Shown: positions 30,197 through 40,486 of the stretch, piece after piece
How the letters are laid out: every line of letters starts with the position of its first letter
Position numbering within the stretch: position 1 is the stretch's first letter
Origin: Candidatus Poribacteria bacterium
GTDB taxonomy: Bacteria; Poribacteria; WGA-4E; PCPOR2b
DNA length: 64,000 nucleotides
Direction of reading: 5' to 3'
Assembly: GCA_965198175.1 (NCBI GenBank)
Contig: OZ240245.1
Span: forward strand, 1,024,001 to 1,088,000
Made by a program: the position numbers and the translations under genes
Notes under the pieces: model-generated
Told to the model about the DNA's origin: nothing
What the model saw: the letters and a program-made list of their open reading frames with translations, nothing else
Database searches by the model: none

Positions 30197-32110
30197 TTAC
30201 TGGTGGGGATATGAGTTAGAGAAGCTATTGGGCATTGGGAAAGCGAGGCCATTCGTTTGTTGGGTAAGTATTGATTGAAAATTGCTGCCATTACCGGTGA
30301 CACCAATCACGTAAGCCCGAATGTCAAAAGATTGACAGATTTCGATCGCATGTTCCGGCGGATGGCTACCTGTGCTGGGTTCATCTGTAAAAGCAAGGAG
30401 AACACGGCTCGCATCAGAGCGAAAGCGAAGCTGGGGTAACCCCTCCACGATGGCGTCGATAAAATGTTCATCGCCCCCAAAGGGAAATCTCGTAAGTCTT
30501 TTTATCAACCCTTCGCTAATTGGCATCTGCGTGACAACCGTTCCATCAATTGATTTGATGGTGTCCTTCGCTTCAGCAAAACGAATCAGCCCAATTCGAT
30601 AGTCAATCGGCCAGAGTTCCAATTTTCCAAGAAATTCACTGATGCTGAGCATAACTGCTTCCGATTTTCCGCCCATGCTGCGACTGTAATCAAGCATGAT
30701 AACAATGTCAACCTTTGCGCGATTTGTTTTCGGCGTCGCCCTTTGTCCGGGAACATTTGCTGGCGACGTTTCCTCTGTATTTTCCTGCAAATTCAGCGCG
30801 TAGGGCAACACAGGTAACCCATCTTCACTTTGGTGAGAGGGTTGAGTATGTACCTCAGGGCTGGAATCAAGAACGCCTCGAGCAATATCTTTAACAATTT
30901 TTCGCACACTTCTGAGTAACTTTTCATTAGAATGGTATGACGCAGGTAAACCGCCGCGTTGGGTAACACCTCCCGGAATCTCTTGCCAGAGCCCATCCGT
31001 CGCTTCGGCGAGACGTTGTTGAAATGAGTCAGTGTGTCCCAGAACGTTGATATGAATGTCTTGTGATGCGTAATTGTCTAGCACCTTGTTACGCATCTCT
31101 TTGATTGCACCGGCTTTTCGCAAACTCGTTGTGGCAGGTTCATCCGTCACCAACACCAAGTGTTTGTCAGCGTCTGAATGAAATTGTATATAACTCAACG
31201 TAACCATCAATGCGTCAAGAGCATGTTCGTCGCCGCTGAGTTGGACATTCTTCATTCGGTGGCGAAGCAGTGCTACATCCGGCATAAGCGGTTTTGTCTT
31301 TACAGACTGTCCTCCTTGTTTTACACTGAATTCTAGCATGCCAAGATAATATTCGAGATTAATGTCGGTATATGCATCAGTCATAGTATAGAGGTGATCT
31401 GCAACCTGCTGAATGTTGTCTCGCATACTGGCACTGGTGTCAAGCACAAATACGACATTGACCTTATTTTTCTGTCGTGTTGCGATGATATGATCTGCGA
31501 TTCGGCGCAATACTTCTGCGAAGGGATTTTCATCTGGTACTGTTCCACCTCCACCGGAGCGATTTCCAATGGGACCAACATCTGCCGTGCCTGTCGATTC
31601 GAACATGTTAAGTCCGCCGGATCCATTCCCTTGTACGCGCTGACGAAAACTTTTGACGCCGTCCCCATCTCCAGGCAGTGCGGGGGTCGAAACTGTAGGG
31701 ATACGAACTTCTCGACTACTGAGTTGCCGAGCCGCTGTCATAACATCGGGCAATATGTCCTGAAGGTGCCTCTTATTAGCCGATGCGCTTTGAAGCAGGA
31801 GGCGTTTCGATGGATTGAGGGTTTCGTTAATCGGATGTTGGGTTGCCTGCAATTTGATGGTTTGGGGTTGGTCTGGAACCACTGAGCGGACCTGGTGTGA
31901 GGCGAAAAGGCGTGGTGGGGGTTTAAGTATCTTTCGACGTGGCTTTGGCAGGTCTTCTTCGTTGACGAGTTCAACGTCAACTGCATCCTCCAAATCTTCC
32001 TCCTGCTGACGATAAAACACGATTGTCCATGTGATGAGTAGGCAAAGATGAATTACCAAAGAGATGAGAAGTGCACGAGAGGATCGTGCTTTGTGCATTC
32101 GATCTATCAT
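30197..32110 (-). CDS. Membrane-anchored protein with two vWA domains
   Basis: N-terminal TM helix (ISLVIHL), Gly-rich linker, two MIDAS motifs DTSAS and DYSRS each followed by GDEH and TDEP. Confidence 0.85.
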   Translation of the reverse strand: MIDRMHKARSSRALLISLVIHLCLLITWTIVFYRQQEEDLEDAVDVELVNEEDLPKPRRKILKPPPRLFASHQVRSVVPDQPQTIKLQATQHPINETLNPSKRLLLQSASANKRHLQDILPDVMTAARQLSSREVRIPTVSTPALPGDGDGVKSFRQRVQGNGSGGLNMFESTGTADVGPIGNRSGGGGTVPDENPFAEVLRRIADHIIATRQKNKVNVVFVLDTSASMRDNIQQVADHLYTMTDAYTDINLEYYLGMLEFSVKQGGQSVKTKPLMPDVALLRHRMKNVQLSGDEHALDALMVTLSYIQFHSDADKHLVLVTDEPATTSLRKAGAIKEMRNKVLDNYASQDIHINVLGHTDSFQQRLAEATDGLWQEIPGGVTQRGGLPASYHSNEKLLRSVRKIVKDIARGVLDSSPEVHTQPSHQSEDGLPVLPYALNLQENTEETSPANVPGQRATPKTNRAKVDIVIMLDYSRSMGGKSEAVMLSISEFLGKLELWPIDYRIGLIRFAEAKDTIKSIDGTVVTQMPISEGLIKRLTRFPFGGDEHFIDAIVEGLPQLRFRSDASRVLLAFTDEPSTGSHPPEHAIEICQSFDIRAYVIGVTGNGSNFQSILTQQTNGLAFPMPNSFSNSYPHQ

Positions 32111-32631
32111 TGTCTGTTTTCTTTGTGGGCGGAAATGGATGTTGGTGCTATTTCTTTAAGACGATGGGAACGGCAGATTGTTTATTGAATAGCAACTCGA
32201 TAAATCTATTGAATTTTCTCTGACTAGATGGTATCCTCTTGGAAACATAGAATCGGATATTGAGGATACCTCATGATATATGCTCGGATTGAAGCCTAAG
32301 CCCACTCCTTTAAGAAGAAGAACTCAAAACGGCTTCTGATGGCAATAGTATCACCGAAGTTATTGACCTATCTGTCAACAGCGTAACCGCTCCAAAACTC
32401 ACCGTGGTATTTTATTTGTCTCAAGCGACGATTACATCACCGTTAAAATATCTTCGGCTTAGCTACACCCAAACGCGACGATAGGCGGCTGGGGTAACCA
32501 ATTTCACAAACAACAACAGATCGTATAACAAGGTGTGGTGTCAATGTTGGGTTTAATCCCGATTCACTACTAAATCCCGGTCAGCTAGATTTATCAAATT
32601 ATCATGTCCAATCCGGATTAGGGGATCTCAA

Positions 32632-33447
32632 ATGCGCGTAACTCCAGAATCTGAAACTTACTTAGCCAACCAAATCGTCAGTGAAGAACAGATTCAGGAA
32701 TGGGTTGAAACGTTCCACCGCAACGGATTTTTGTTTATTAAGAATGTACTGCCGCCGGAATGGTGTGCCGAGTTGCGTAAAGATTTGGATTGGACGCTAC
32801 AAGAAAACCCGAACGGTCTCAACATCACGAGCGAAAAAATCCAGCTGTGCCACCGAATGTTCGAGCACAGTCAAGCCAATCTCATGTTGTTCAATCTTGA
32901 GCCAATTGTTAGTTTTGCTGAGGCGCTTGTTGCTGAAAATTGTCACGTCATCCACAATAATTCTTTTCGCTGCTCGCCTGGGGGCGGCATTACCAACTGG
33001 CATCAGGACGACGCTCCTCACTTTATCGTCACGGACGGTGAGCCTCCGACAAATGTGCGGTTGCCGGTCCTTTTTTTCACGGCAAACTACTATTTGACAG
33101 ATGTTACCGAAATAGAACACGGCGGCACAGAGGTGATTCCGGGTTCCCATCTGTTTGGCACTTCACTACCCACCACGTTGGAAGGCACAAGATGGGAAAA
33201 GCTGAGTCACTACAATCTGGGAGAAGCTGGTAGTGTTGTGATGTTCAACAACCAAGTTTGTCATCGTGGGGGGCCAAATAAAAGTAAAAGGACACGCTAT
33301 GTCACACAAATTACTTATGCCCGACGCATAATTGGACACAAATACTATCCGTTTATGAATTACATCATGCCTGAACACATCTACGCAGATGCAAACCCAC
33401 GGCTGCGTCGTCTCCTGGGTTTCCTTGAGCGTGGGGCTTATGGTTGA
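32632..33447 (+). CDS. Phytanoyl-CoA dioxygenase (PhyH) family protein
   Basis: FHRNGF, WHQD, GGTEVIPGSH, AGSVVMF, HRGGPN.S..R. Confidence 0.9.
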   Translation: MRVTPESETYLANQIVSEEQIQEWVETFHRNGFLFIKNVLPPEWCAELRKDLDWTLQENPNGLNITSEKIQLCHRMFEHSQANLMLFNLEPIVSFAEALVAENCHVIHNNSFRCSPGGGITNWHQDDAPHFIVTDGEPPTNVRLPVLFFTANYYLTDVTEIEHGGTEVIPGSHLFGTSLPTTLEGTRWEKLSHYNLGEAGSVVMFNNQVCHRGGPNKSKRTRYVTQITYARRIIGHKYYPFMNYIMPEHIYADANPRLRRLLGFLERGAYG

Positions 33448-33450
33448 TGA

Positions 33451-34500
33451 ATGAGCAATATGAAAGCAGTCGTTTTTCACGAACAGGGGGGCATAAACAA
33501 ACTCCGATATGAAGAGGTCCCTATTCCGGCCATCGCCCCATCAGAAATATTGGTAGAAGTCAAGGCGTGCGCGGTGAATCACCTCGATATTTCCGCGCGT
33601 CGTGATCGCCCGGAGGTTCAGCCATTCCCGCATATACTCGGATCTGACATTGCCGGCGAGGTTGCCGAGGTAGGTGCGAACGTCCACAACGTTGCCGTTG
33701 GCGATCGAGTTGTCCTGGCGCCCTGCATCCCTTGTGGGCAGTGCAGGGATTGCCTCAACGGTGATGAGAATATGTGTGACTTTCAGGCAATCTTGGGCTT
33801 TCAAACCAACGGCGGTTATGCAGAATATGTCAAAGCCCCCGCTAAAAACGTGATTCAAATCTCATCAGCACTTGCGTACTCTCTCGCCGCAGCGATTCCA
33901 ACGGCTTACCTCACCGCATGGCACATGCTTGTCAGTCGGGCACAGATTCGCCCCGGTGAAAGTATACTTATCCTATCTGCCGGAAGTGGTGTTGGCAGCG
34001 CGGCGCTACAAATTTCCAAGCTGTGTGGTGCTACCGTTCTCGTTACAGCAAGCAGCAATGAAAAACTTGAACGCGCGCGCCAGATGGGAGCGGATTTTAC
34101 AATCAATTATACACAAACCGATTTCAGTAAAGTCGCCCGGGAAGCGACAGATGGTCGAGGCGTTGACATTGTACTTGAGCATGTTGGAGCAGCGACATGG
34201 GAGGAGAGTGTGGCGAGTCTTGCGAAAAATGGGCGACTTGTTACATGTGGTGTCACGACAGGAAATATCGCCCCTATCAATATTCGCAAGATTTATCAGA
34301 GGCAGTTGACAATTCTTGGATCTGCGCTAGGTTCAACGTCAGAACTGCGCACAATCATACGTCTCGCAGAAGGAGGTAAGTTATCCCCTATTATCGATCG
34401 TGTGTTGCCATTACAAGCGGCAGCAGAGACGCATCGTATCCTTGAAAATCGAGATAATTTCGGAAAAATCTGTCTGTGCCCTAATGCTGAAAGGACCTAA
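33451..34500 (+). CDS. Zinc-binding alcohol dehydrogenase / MDR family protein
   Basis: NHLD, ILGSDIAG, C..C..C.......C structural zinc site, GGYAEY, GSGVG, FGKI. Confidence 0.9.
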   Translation: MSNMKAVVFHEQGGINKLRYEEVPIPAIAPSEILVEVKACAVNHLDISARRDRPEVQPFPHILGSDIAGEVAEVGANVHNVAVGDRVVLAPCIPCGQCRDCLNGDENMCDFQAILGFQTNGGYAEYVKAPAKNVIQISSALAYSLAAAIPTAYLTAWHMLVSRAQIRPGESILILSAGSGVGSAALQISKLCGATVLVTASSNEKLERARQMGADFTINYTQTDFSKVAREATDGRGVDIVLEHVGAATWEESVASLAKNGRLVTCGVTTGNIAPINIRKIYQRQLTILGSALGSTSELRTIIRLAEGGKLSPIIDRVLPLQAAAETHRILENRDNFGKICLCPNAERT

Positions 34501-34814
34501 ATCAGCGTCACATTTATCGTCTACTTGGGAAGCAAATCGAGGCAAATCCGACTGAGAGCAACCTCGGAAGATCGATGTAGGTGGGCATTCCTCATGACCA
34601 AGCTTGTAGCAGGAATACTCGCGTTCTACGTGGTGAGTTTGACTAGCCTTCCGTATTGAAGCGGCAAATAAAGAAGTTGGCACATCGTCTTTCATCTCAG
34701 AGGGCACTGACATATAAGTAAAATATGAAGTTGCTGGACCGAAAGGCTCGCGGTGCCGTTATGTGTGGAGAAAAATTGCTTATAGTGTTCGATGTTTATA
34801 TGATAATATGAATC

Positions 34815-36893
34815 TCAGAACTTCCGTCGCCCAACTGCCGTATTTCCCCCTGCATCAGTAGCCTGGATTGTTATTGTGTGTTCACCGGGCGACAGTGCCT
34901 CCGTTTTAATCAATAGTTCTTCACGCTTAGAATCAAAGATTCCATCCGCCGGGAAAATGACCTTCCAATGTTCATCGTTGTCGATTTTATAAACGGACTT
35001 TTGGATATAACTCATCGCGTCCTCAACTGCACAAGCAATCTGATATGTATCATCTCCATTGGCGGTCGCAGTAATATTGCCTACCGTTGGCTGTGTATTA
35101 TCAATATCAAAAGGATTGCTTATTTTCTCGGAAACTTTTGCCAAACTAGGCGGGTTGCTTAGCTTGTCCGTCGCCTCAATTTTAAGGGTGTAGCGTCCGT
35201 CAGGCATTGACGTCGTATCCCATGCGTAATTGGGCTGATCCAGCTTCTTTTTGAGTAGCTTCCAATTTGTCTCGTCGATGCTTTTGTAGTAGACAGTGAA
35301 CTGCAGGGTGTCATTATTCGCATCATCCACTTTCCATGTTGCCCGTCGTTTGCCATTATCGCTTTCAGATTGGCGCTGGGCTCTGTTTTCTCCAGGAGGA
35401 CTAACGTCAGTGGGCCTGCCGGAGCCTTTGGGTTTATCCCCGCGACGAATCTCAATTGAAGTGAAACGGGGTTCGACATTTGATTGAACAGAAGCAACAG
35501 CCACCCTTTTGAGAATTGGAGTCGTCGACGGAGCACTCGTCGTGAGTGTCGCACGCCATTGGATGTATCGCGCTGTTGGACTGGTGATCTGAGCCCCTTC
35601 CGGGATTGTCAATGCGTTTGACCAATCGCTCCATGTGTTATCCGGCTTTCCTGTATTTCCTGTCCGCGTAGCGAATGATATTGACGTACCTTCCGGCGAA
35701 AGTCCTTCCCACGATAGTTTCCCCCATCTTGAAATGAGTCGGGTATCATGAGGTACGGATTCAAGTGTGCCCGTTGTGTTGTGCTCCATTTTCAATTCAA
35801 ATAGCTTTCCGGAATTGCCGGTTCCTAGGGTGAGTTTATCATCTGTGCTCCGGTGCATCGCAAGGATCTGGCTTGCATCGCACTTCCCCAATGACACAAA
35901 ATCCCCATCTGCATTGACTCGAAAAACCTTTCCTTCATCACCTGTTCCAACCAAGAGTTGATTATCCGCTTCGACAACCATTGACAGAATCAATGGAGCT
36001 GGAGCCGTCCAAATCATGGAGACGACACCGTCGGGATGAATCTGATAAAGCTGTGATTTCTTTTCTTCGGGTGGCGCGCCTGGAGGAGGGGGGCCGCTTG
36101 GCTGCGCTCCCGGCTTCGGTGGAGAAGTTGTGACGGTTCCTGCGTAAATGGTGCCCTGAGGGTCTACAACAAGCGTGTGAACTTCTTTTTGTCCCGTCTG
36201 ATACACAACTGAAACCCCTCCATCGGACGTTATTCGGTAAATAACACCTTTACCCTCACTTCCAGCGTACAGAGCGTCTTGATGGTAAAGCAGACATACA
36301 ATGTTGCTTTCTTCAGAATCGAACAGGACACTGTTTTCTCCCTCTGGGGAAATTTTGTAAATCTTCCCGTTTGTTCCCGTCGCTGCGTAAAGATTTCCCC
36401 CATCATCAAACGTCATCGCCGACACGTATATTTCCTCGGAACTAAGAAGCGTAATTGGTGGAACACCCTCTTGCGAGATTTTATAAATTAAGCCATCAGG
36501 CGCCGTGCCAGCATAAATATTATCATTTGTGTCAATGGCAAGACTCAAGATTGAAACCTCTGGCGAGTCGTAAAAGAGTGATGACTGACCATCGGGAGTA
36601 ATCCGATAAATTTTACCCTGATTGCCTGTACCTGCGTAGATGTTTCCTTTGGAATCCTCAGCTAGACACCAAATGTATATTTCCTGTGTATCCGTGAAAA
36701 CAGCGTCCAGTTTAGGCGACAAGATGACTTCGTTTTTACTTGAGATTGATATATCTTTAGGCGTACCTGCTTCAAAATCACGTTGGCGATATTGTTCCCA
36801 AATGGACGTTTTCACTGCCAACGCCGATCCAATGTTGGCAACCAAAAGTATGGCTATGGAACTCAACAAATAAAGAACACGACAAAACCTCAT
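34815..36893 (-). CDS. Secreted beta-propeller repeat protein with C-terminal Ig/FN3-like domains
   Basis: Signal peptide; repeated YAGT..GKIYRI units; DGRY.LKIEATD, DNTQP. Confidence 0.75.
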   Translation of the reverse strand: MRFCRVLYLLSSIAILLVANIGSALAVKTSIWEQYRQRDFEAGTPKDISISSKNEVILSPKLDAVFTDTQEIYIWCLAEDSKGNIYAGTGNQGKIYRITPDGQSSLFYDSPEVSILSLAIDTNDNIYAGTAPDGLIYKISQEGVPPITLLSSEEIYVSAMTFDDGGNLYAATGTNGKIYKISPEGENSVLFDSEESNIVCLLYHQDALYAGSEGKGVIYRITSDGGVSVVYQTGQKEVHTLVVDPQGTIYAGTVTTSPPKPGAQPSGPPPPGAPPEEKKSQLYQIHPDGVVSMIWTAPAPLILSMVVEADNQLLVGTGDEGKVFRVNADGDFVSLGKCDASQILAMHRSTDDKLTLGTGNSGKLFELKMEHNTTGTLESVPHDTRLISRWGKLSWEGLSPEGTSISFATRTGNTGKPDNTWSDWSNALTIPEGAQITSPTARYIQWRATLTTSAPSTTPILKRVAVASVQSNVEPRFTSIEIRRGDKPKGSGRPTDVSPPGENRAQRQSESDNGKRRATWKVDDANNDTLQFTVYYKSIDETNWKLLKKKLDQPNYAWDTTSMPDGRYTLKIEATDKLSNPPSLAKVSEKISNPFDIDNTQPTVGNITATANGDDTYQIACAVEDAMSYIQKSVYKIDNDEHWKVIFPADGIFDSKREELLIKTEALSPGEHTITIQATDAGGNTAVGRRKF

Positions 36894-36939
36894 GAAGAAA
36901 CTTCCTCCTCTTAATGAGCAATTGAAGATTGGCAATTTA

Positions 36940-38793
36940 CTATGGGGCGTTACGGTCAATGGTGAATCGTACAAAATGTCCACCAGAGATTACATACTCC
37001 GTCGGGACATTTTCAATATGCAAAGTGGTGCCGCGCGTATAGCCTCCTTCGCCCGACTGGCTTGGTGAACTCATCACCGAGAGCATGGACAAAGGAAGTT
37101 CTGGGAACTCTTGCCCCTGAACAGTCATGCCAATTTTCGGAATAAAGATTTCCAGTATAATGTTACTATTGCTTGGGTCGTATTGCAGAAGCTGGATGAG
37201 TTGATTGATGTTTTTTGGGTAGTAGTTCAGTGGGGCGCGTGTACGCTGCCAGGTTTCATGGGACACCCCGCTTGCAACAAGGAGTGTAGCAAATCCCTCA
37301 GGAGCGTCATCTGGAACTTTGATATACCCCGCTTGGATAAATGGGGCTTCCAGATATGGACGAAGGGTTATCATCACCTCAATTTCCTCACCCGGACGAT
37401 ATCGGTTTTTATTTATCCGAACTCCTTCAATAACCGCCGTTTTCCGCTTATCCTCTATTTTGATATCAACGACAACTCCTTCTACCGCAATCTTTTCATA
37501 TTGATTACTAATCAGACTTGATAAGGGGGAAAAAGCCTGAAACGCCCAAAATCCGGGAGAAGAACTGGATGAGTAAACATTTCTACGCACAATCTCTTGA
37601 GATGTCAGATTGGGTGTATCCTGCAGTGTAATTGTCGTATTTATGTTGACGGTGTGATCTCCGCTGTCAATTTCTAGTGCACTAATGAAATTCCAAACCC
37701 CTATCGTGGCAATTATCGCCGATAAGCCACGATGGCGCATGACCTCATACTGAATCGGATGGGTTTTCCCATCTGTCGTTTCAATGTTGGCGCTAACCGG
37801 CATAAAACTGGGATGTGGTCCGGTTAAACCCGCGATGGCTGTTTGGCGATCCTGCACCAATGTGCCTATCGGTTTAGTTGGAGAAGCGACTTTGATGGAC
37901 CGAGAAATACTCGGTAGAATGAAATGGACATACCCCCCTGAAATCGGAAGATTTACATGACCCTCTCCGAACATCGAATGACCGAAACCGATTACCTGAG
38001 TTCCTTCGATATAGGTCATTGTGCCGTAAGCAAAAGCTGTGAAATCCCCACGTGAATATTCAATACCGACTATCTGACCGGGCTCAATGGGTGCACTTTC
38101 GACGGGAGCGCCTCCAGCTGTTCCCTGCATCGGCATCAGTCGATGTCTGTCGAAAATAGGTTTGAGGAATCCTAGCGCTTGAGGATTCATCGTAGACAAC
38201 GCCACCGGCAGTTGAAGCAGAGGTGACCTGGTATCCGCAGTCGGCATGGGCGGTGTATCCACCAACTCCTTATTTGTAAAGAATTCATCCGAAACTAAGG
38301 GCGATGTCTCAATTGGCTTCCAGGCGGAATGCACTCCATGGTTAAAAAGACTACCTCCGAAATAGCTTAAATTCGGCTGCATTCCGCGCTGCGTCACCTC
38401 AATCATGGATTCGATGGGCGTAAAGCCGACTAGGTTCGAATCTTCCCGCTGGAAAAAGTAACCAAGGGAAAGGGCGCCGATTAGTCGCCCATTGATATAA
38501 CCGGGGCTACCGCTCATCCCACCGGCAACGCCGGTCTTCTCAAAACTATCTCCGCTCGCTTCAACCCATATCACGTGCCACTGTGGTAAAAAATTGTATT
38601 CGATGCTCACAACTTCAAAGGCAAACTTTTCGACAGTTGTTCCCGAAAAAACGGTGTACGCTTCTCCTTTCATGCCCGGTTTAACTTCTGACAGGGGCAT
38701 AAATTTCTCCGCATCCCACTTGATTTCCGCTTTCGCTTGCATCACAACCGAGCAGAATACACCAATGATAAGCGAAAAACAAAACTTCATCAA
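36940..38793 (-). CDS. SpoIVB peptidase S55 domain protein
   Basis: VKPGMKG.AYTVFSGT, GVAGGMSGSP.YING.LIGA, FGH; signal peptide. Confidence 0.85.
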   Translation of the reverse strand: MMKFCFSLIIGVFCSVVMQAKAEIKWDAEKFMPLSEVKPGMKGEAYTVFSGTTVEKFAFEVVSIEYNFLPQWHVIWVEASGDSFEKTGVAGGMSGSPGYINGRLIGALSLGYFFQREDSNLVGFTPIESMIEVTQRGMQPNLSYFGGSLFNHGVHSAWKPIETSPLVSDEFFTNKELVDTPPMPTADTRSPLLQLPVALSTMNPQALGFLKPIFDRHRLMPMQGTAGGAPVESAPIEPGQIVGIEYSRGDFTAFAYGTMTYIEGTQVIGFGHSMFGEGHVNLPISGGYVHFILPSISRSIKVASPTKPIGTLVQDRQTAIAGLTGPHPSFMPVSANIETTDGKTHPIQYEVMRHRGLSAIIATIGVWNFISALEIDSGDHTVNINTTITLQDTPNLTSQEIVRRNVYSSSSSPGFWAFQAFSPLSSLISNQYEKIAVEGVVVDIKIEDKRKTAVIEGVRINKNRYRPGEEIEVMITLRPYLEAPFIQAGYIKVPDDAPEGFATLLVASGVSHETWQRTRAPLNYYPKNINQLIQLLQYDPSNSNIILEIFIPKIGMTVQGQEFPELPLSMLSVMSSPSQSGEGGYTRGTTLHIENVPTEYVISGGHFVRFTIDRNAP

Positions 38794-38984
38794 ACTTTCA
38801 CCTCAGTATTCAATCTGATTTTCCCGAAATCGGAGTTCGTTGGTCTGAATCCTCTATTTTATGGGAATTCCAAACCCCTTATAAATCTAGCTGCCAAGAC
38901 ACAACTTGCGAATAATAACAGTGTTTTGAGGTAATGTCAACAAAAATCCGTCCGTCCTGAATACTTACGCTTGGTAGTTTGTGG

Positions 38985-39013
38985 TTGATGCCTACTGTAA
39001 TCTCTGGTAAACT
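38985..39013 (+). promoter_or_regulatory. Sigma70-like promoter upstream of the EF-Tu-like gene
   Basis: TTGATG, 17-nt spacer, TAAACT with extended TG. Confidence 0.5.
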
Positions 39014-39188
39014 ACAGAACATCGTTGCCGGCGGAGGAGGGGCTACTGACGCAGGGAAGGAAAAGGCAACCTAAATGGGAGAGATGGGACGGTTCACCGG
39101 CAACACTTGTTCCGCGGTGGAGCATATCAATTAGCGAATCAACACGTCATCTGTATTGGTTTCACGCTTTACACGAGAGGAGAGCCAT

Positions 39189-40412
39189 ATGGAGACAAAA
39201 AAGCATCATCGGCATCAAGCATCGACAATTTGTACACTTGGCGGCGCAGGGCACGGTAAAACAACCCTGGCCGCTGCTATAATAAAAGTGGTATCACAGG
39301 TTGGCTCGACGCAAATACAGGCGCGTGATCTGGATTTACAACAGCCGATTCACCATTCAATCGGAGGTCGGCTAGGTGTTAGTTATAAAGCAGTCGATTA
39401 TGAGACAAGTGGCAGACACTACACACAAGTCGATGCTCTCAGTCACGCGGATAACATCAAGATGTTGATTAGCGGTTCACCAAAAATTGGGGGAGCAATT
39501 CTAGTTGTTAGTGCAGTTGAAGGTGTGACATCGGAAACAGAATCGCAGATTCACCTTGCAAGCCGAACCCGTGTTCCCGCGGTAGTTACGTTTTTGAACA
39601 AGACGGGACTCCTCAAAGACCCAGAGCTAATTGATATTTGTCAAATGGAGATTCGTGAACTGCTTATGGCTTGCGGCTATGCGGAAGCCAAATCCCCGAT
39701 AATCCTTGGAGATGCTGAGAGAGCGTTAAAATATAAAGGGCAGAATCTGAGTTCTGATCACTGCAAACCAATTATTGATCTTATCTTTGCGATGAACCGT
39801 TGCATACCTCAACCGATAAGCACCTTAGATCTGCCGCTGATTATGCCGATTCGAGAAGTGGTTGATGATTCGAAAACAGGCGTTTCAACACTTCATGGGG
39901 AAATTCTTCAAGGGAGACTTGCTGTTGGCCATTCAGTTCACATCGTTGGCAAAGGCGATCGAATCAAAACGCGTTGTGTTGCAATGCGTTCCCACACAGA
40001 ACTTTCCCCTCCACCGCACCAGGGACAGACCAATCATACGGTTGAAAATCAGGAGGTTATTCAGGTTGACTCGGAACCAGGATGGCTTTCGCCAGGACAA
40101 GTTGTTTCGGATCCGAAGAGCATCAAGTCACACACTATCTTTGAAGCTGCGGTTTACGTCATGACCCAGGAGGAATGCGGCGCCCATATTCCCCTTGTTG
40201 GAAATGATAAACCAGAAATCCATCTCTGGACAATCAATATTACCGGACATCTACGCTTGCCATCGGACGTAGCTGTCATTAATCCCGGAGAACACGCGAC
40301 AGTACAAATCACTCTTGACTTGCCGATGGCAATAATGGTTGGTACGAGGTTTGACCTCAAGAAGATGGGGGCGAAGCTTGGAATCGGGGTTGTGACAACG
40401 ATTGTGGATTAG
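39189..40412 (+). CDS. Highly divergent elongation factor Tu-like protein (paralog, not canonical tuf)
   Basis: Colinear with all three EF-Tu domains (HGKTTL.AAI, YET..RHY, GAILVVSA, MEIRELL, GQV, HT.FEA.VY, PG, G.GVV) but with altered G motifs; RBS GAGGAG. Confidence 0.88.
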   Translation: METKKHHRHQASTICTLGGAGHGKTTLAAAIIKVVSQVGSTQIQARDLDLQQPIHHSIGGRLGVSYKAVDYETSGRHYTQVDALSHADNIKMLISGSPKIGGAILVVSAVEGVTSETESQIHLASRTRVPAVVTFLNKTGLLKDPELIDICQMEIRELLMACGYAEAKSPIILGDAERALKYKGQNLSSDHCKPIIDLIFAMNRCIPQPISTLDLPLIMPIREVVDDSKTGVSTLHGEILQGRLAVGHSVHIVGKGDRIKTRCVAMRSHTELSPPPHQGQTNHTVENQEVIQVDSEPGWLSPGQVVSDPKSIKSHTIFEAAVYVMTQEECGAHIPLVGNDKPEIHLWTINITGHLRLPSDVAVINPGEHATVQITLDLPMAIMVGTRFDLKKMGAKLGIGVVTTIVD

Positions 40413-40486
40413 CTTAAACGATACGATGCAAGTCACATTCGTGAAAAAGCGGAGGTGTCGCCATCGCTGATGCCCGTAAGATTTAG

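Noticed and set aside
29946..30306. Small ORFs in the AT-rich gap before the vWA gene end
   Set aside because: Short, mutually overlapping and without homology cues.
39024..39105. tRNA-like gene (81 nt, paired ends, GGTTCA) beside the EF-Tu-like gene
   Set aside because: The purine-rich interior cannot form D, anticodon or T arms; kept only as a leader hairpin.
39189..40412. Calling the EF-Tu-like gene tuf, selB or cysN
   Set aside because: Too many invariant EF-Tu residues are lost for tuf; no SelB winged-helix extension; no cysD neighbour or CysN-type motifs.
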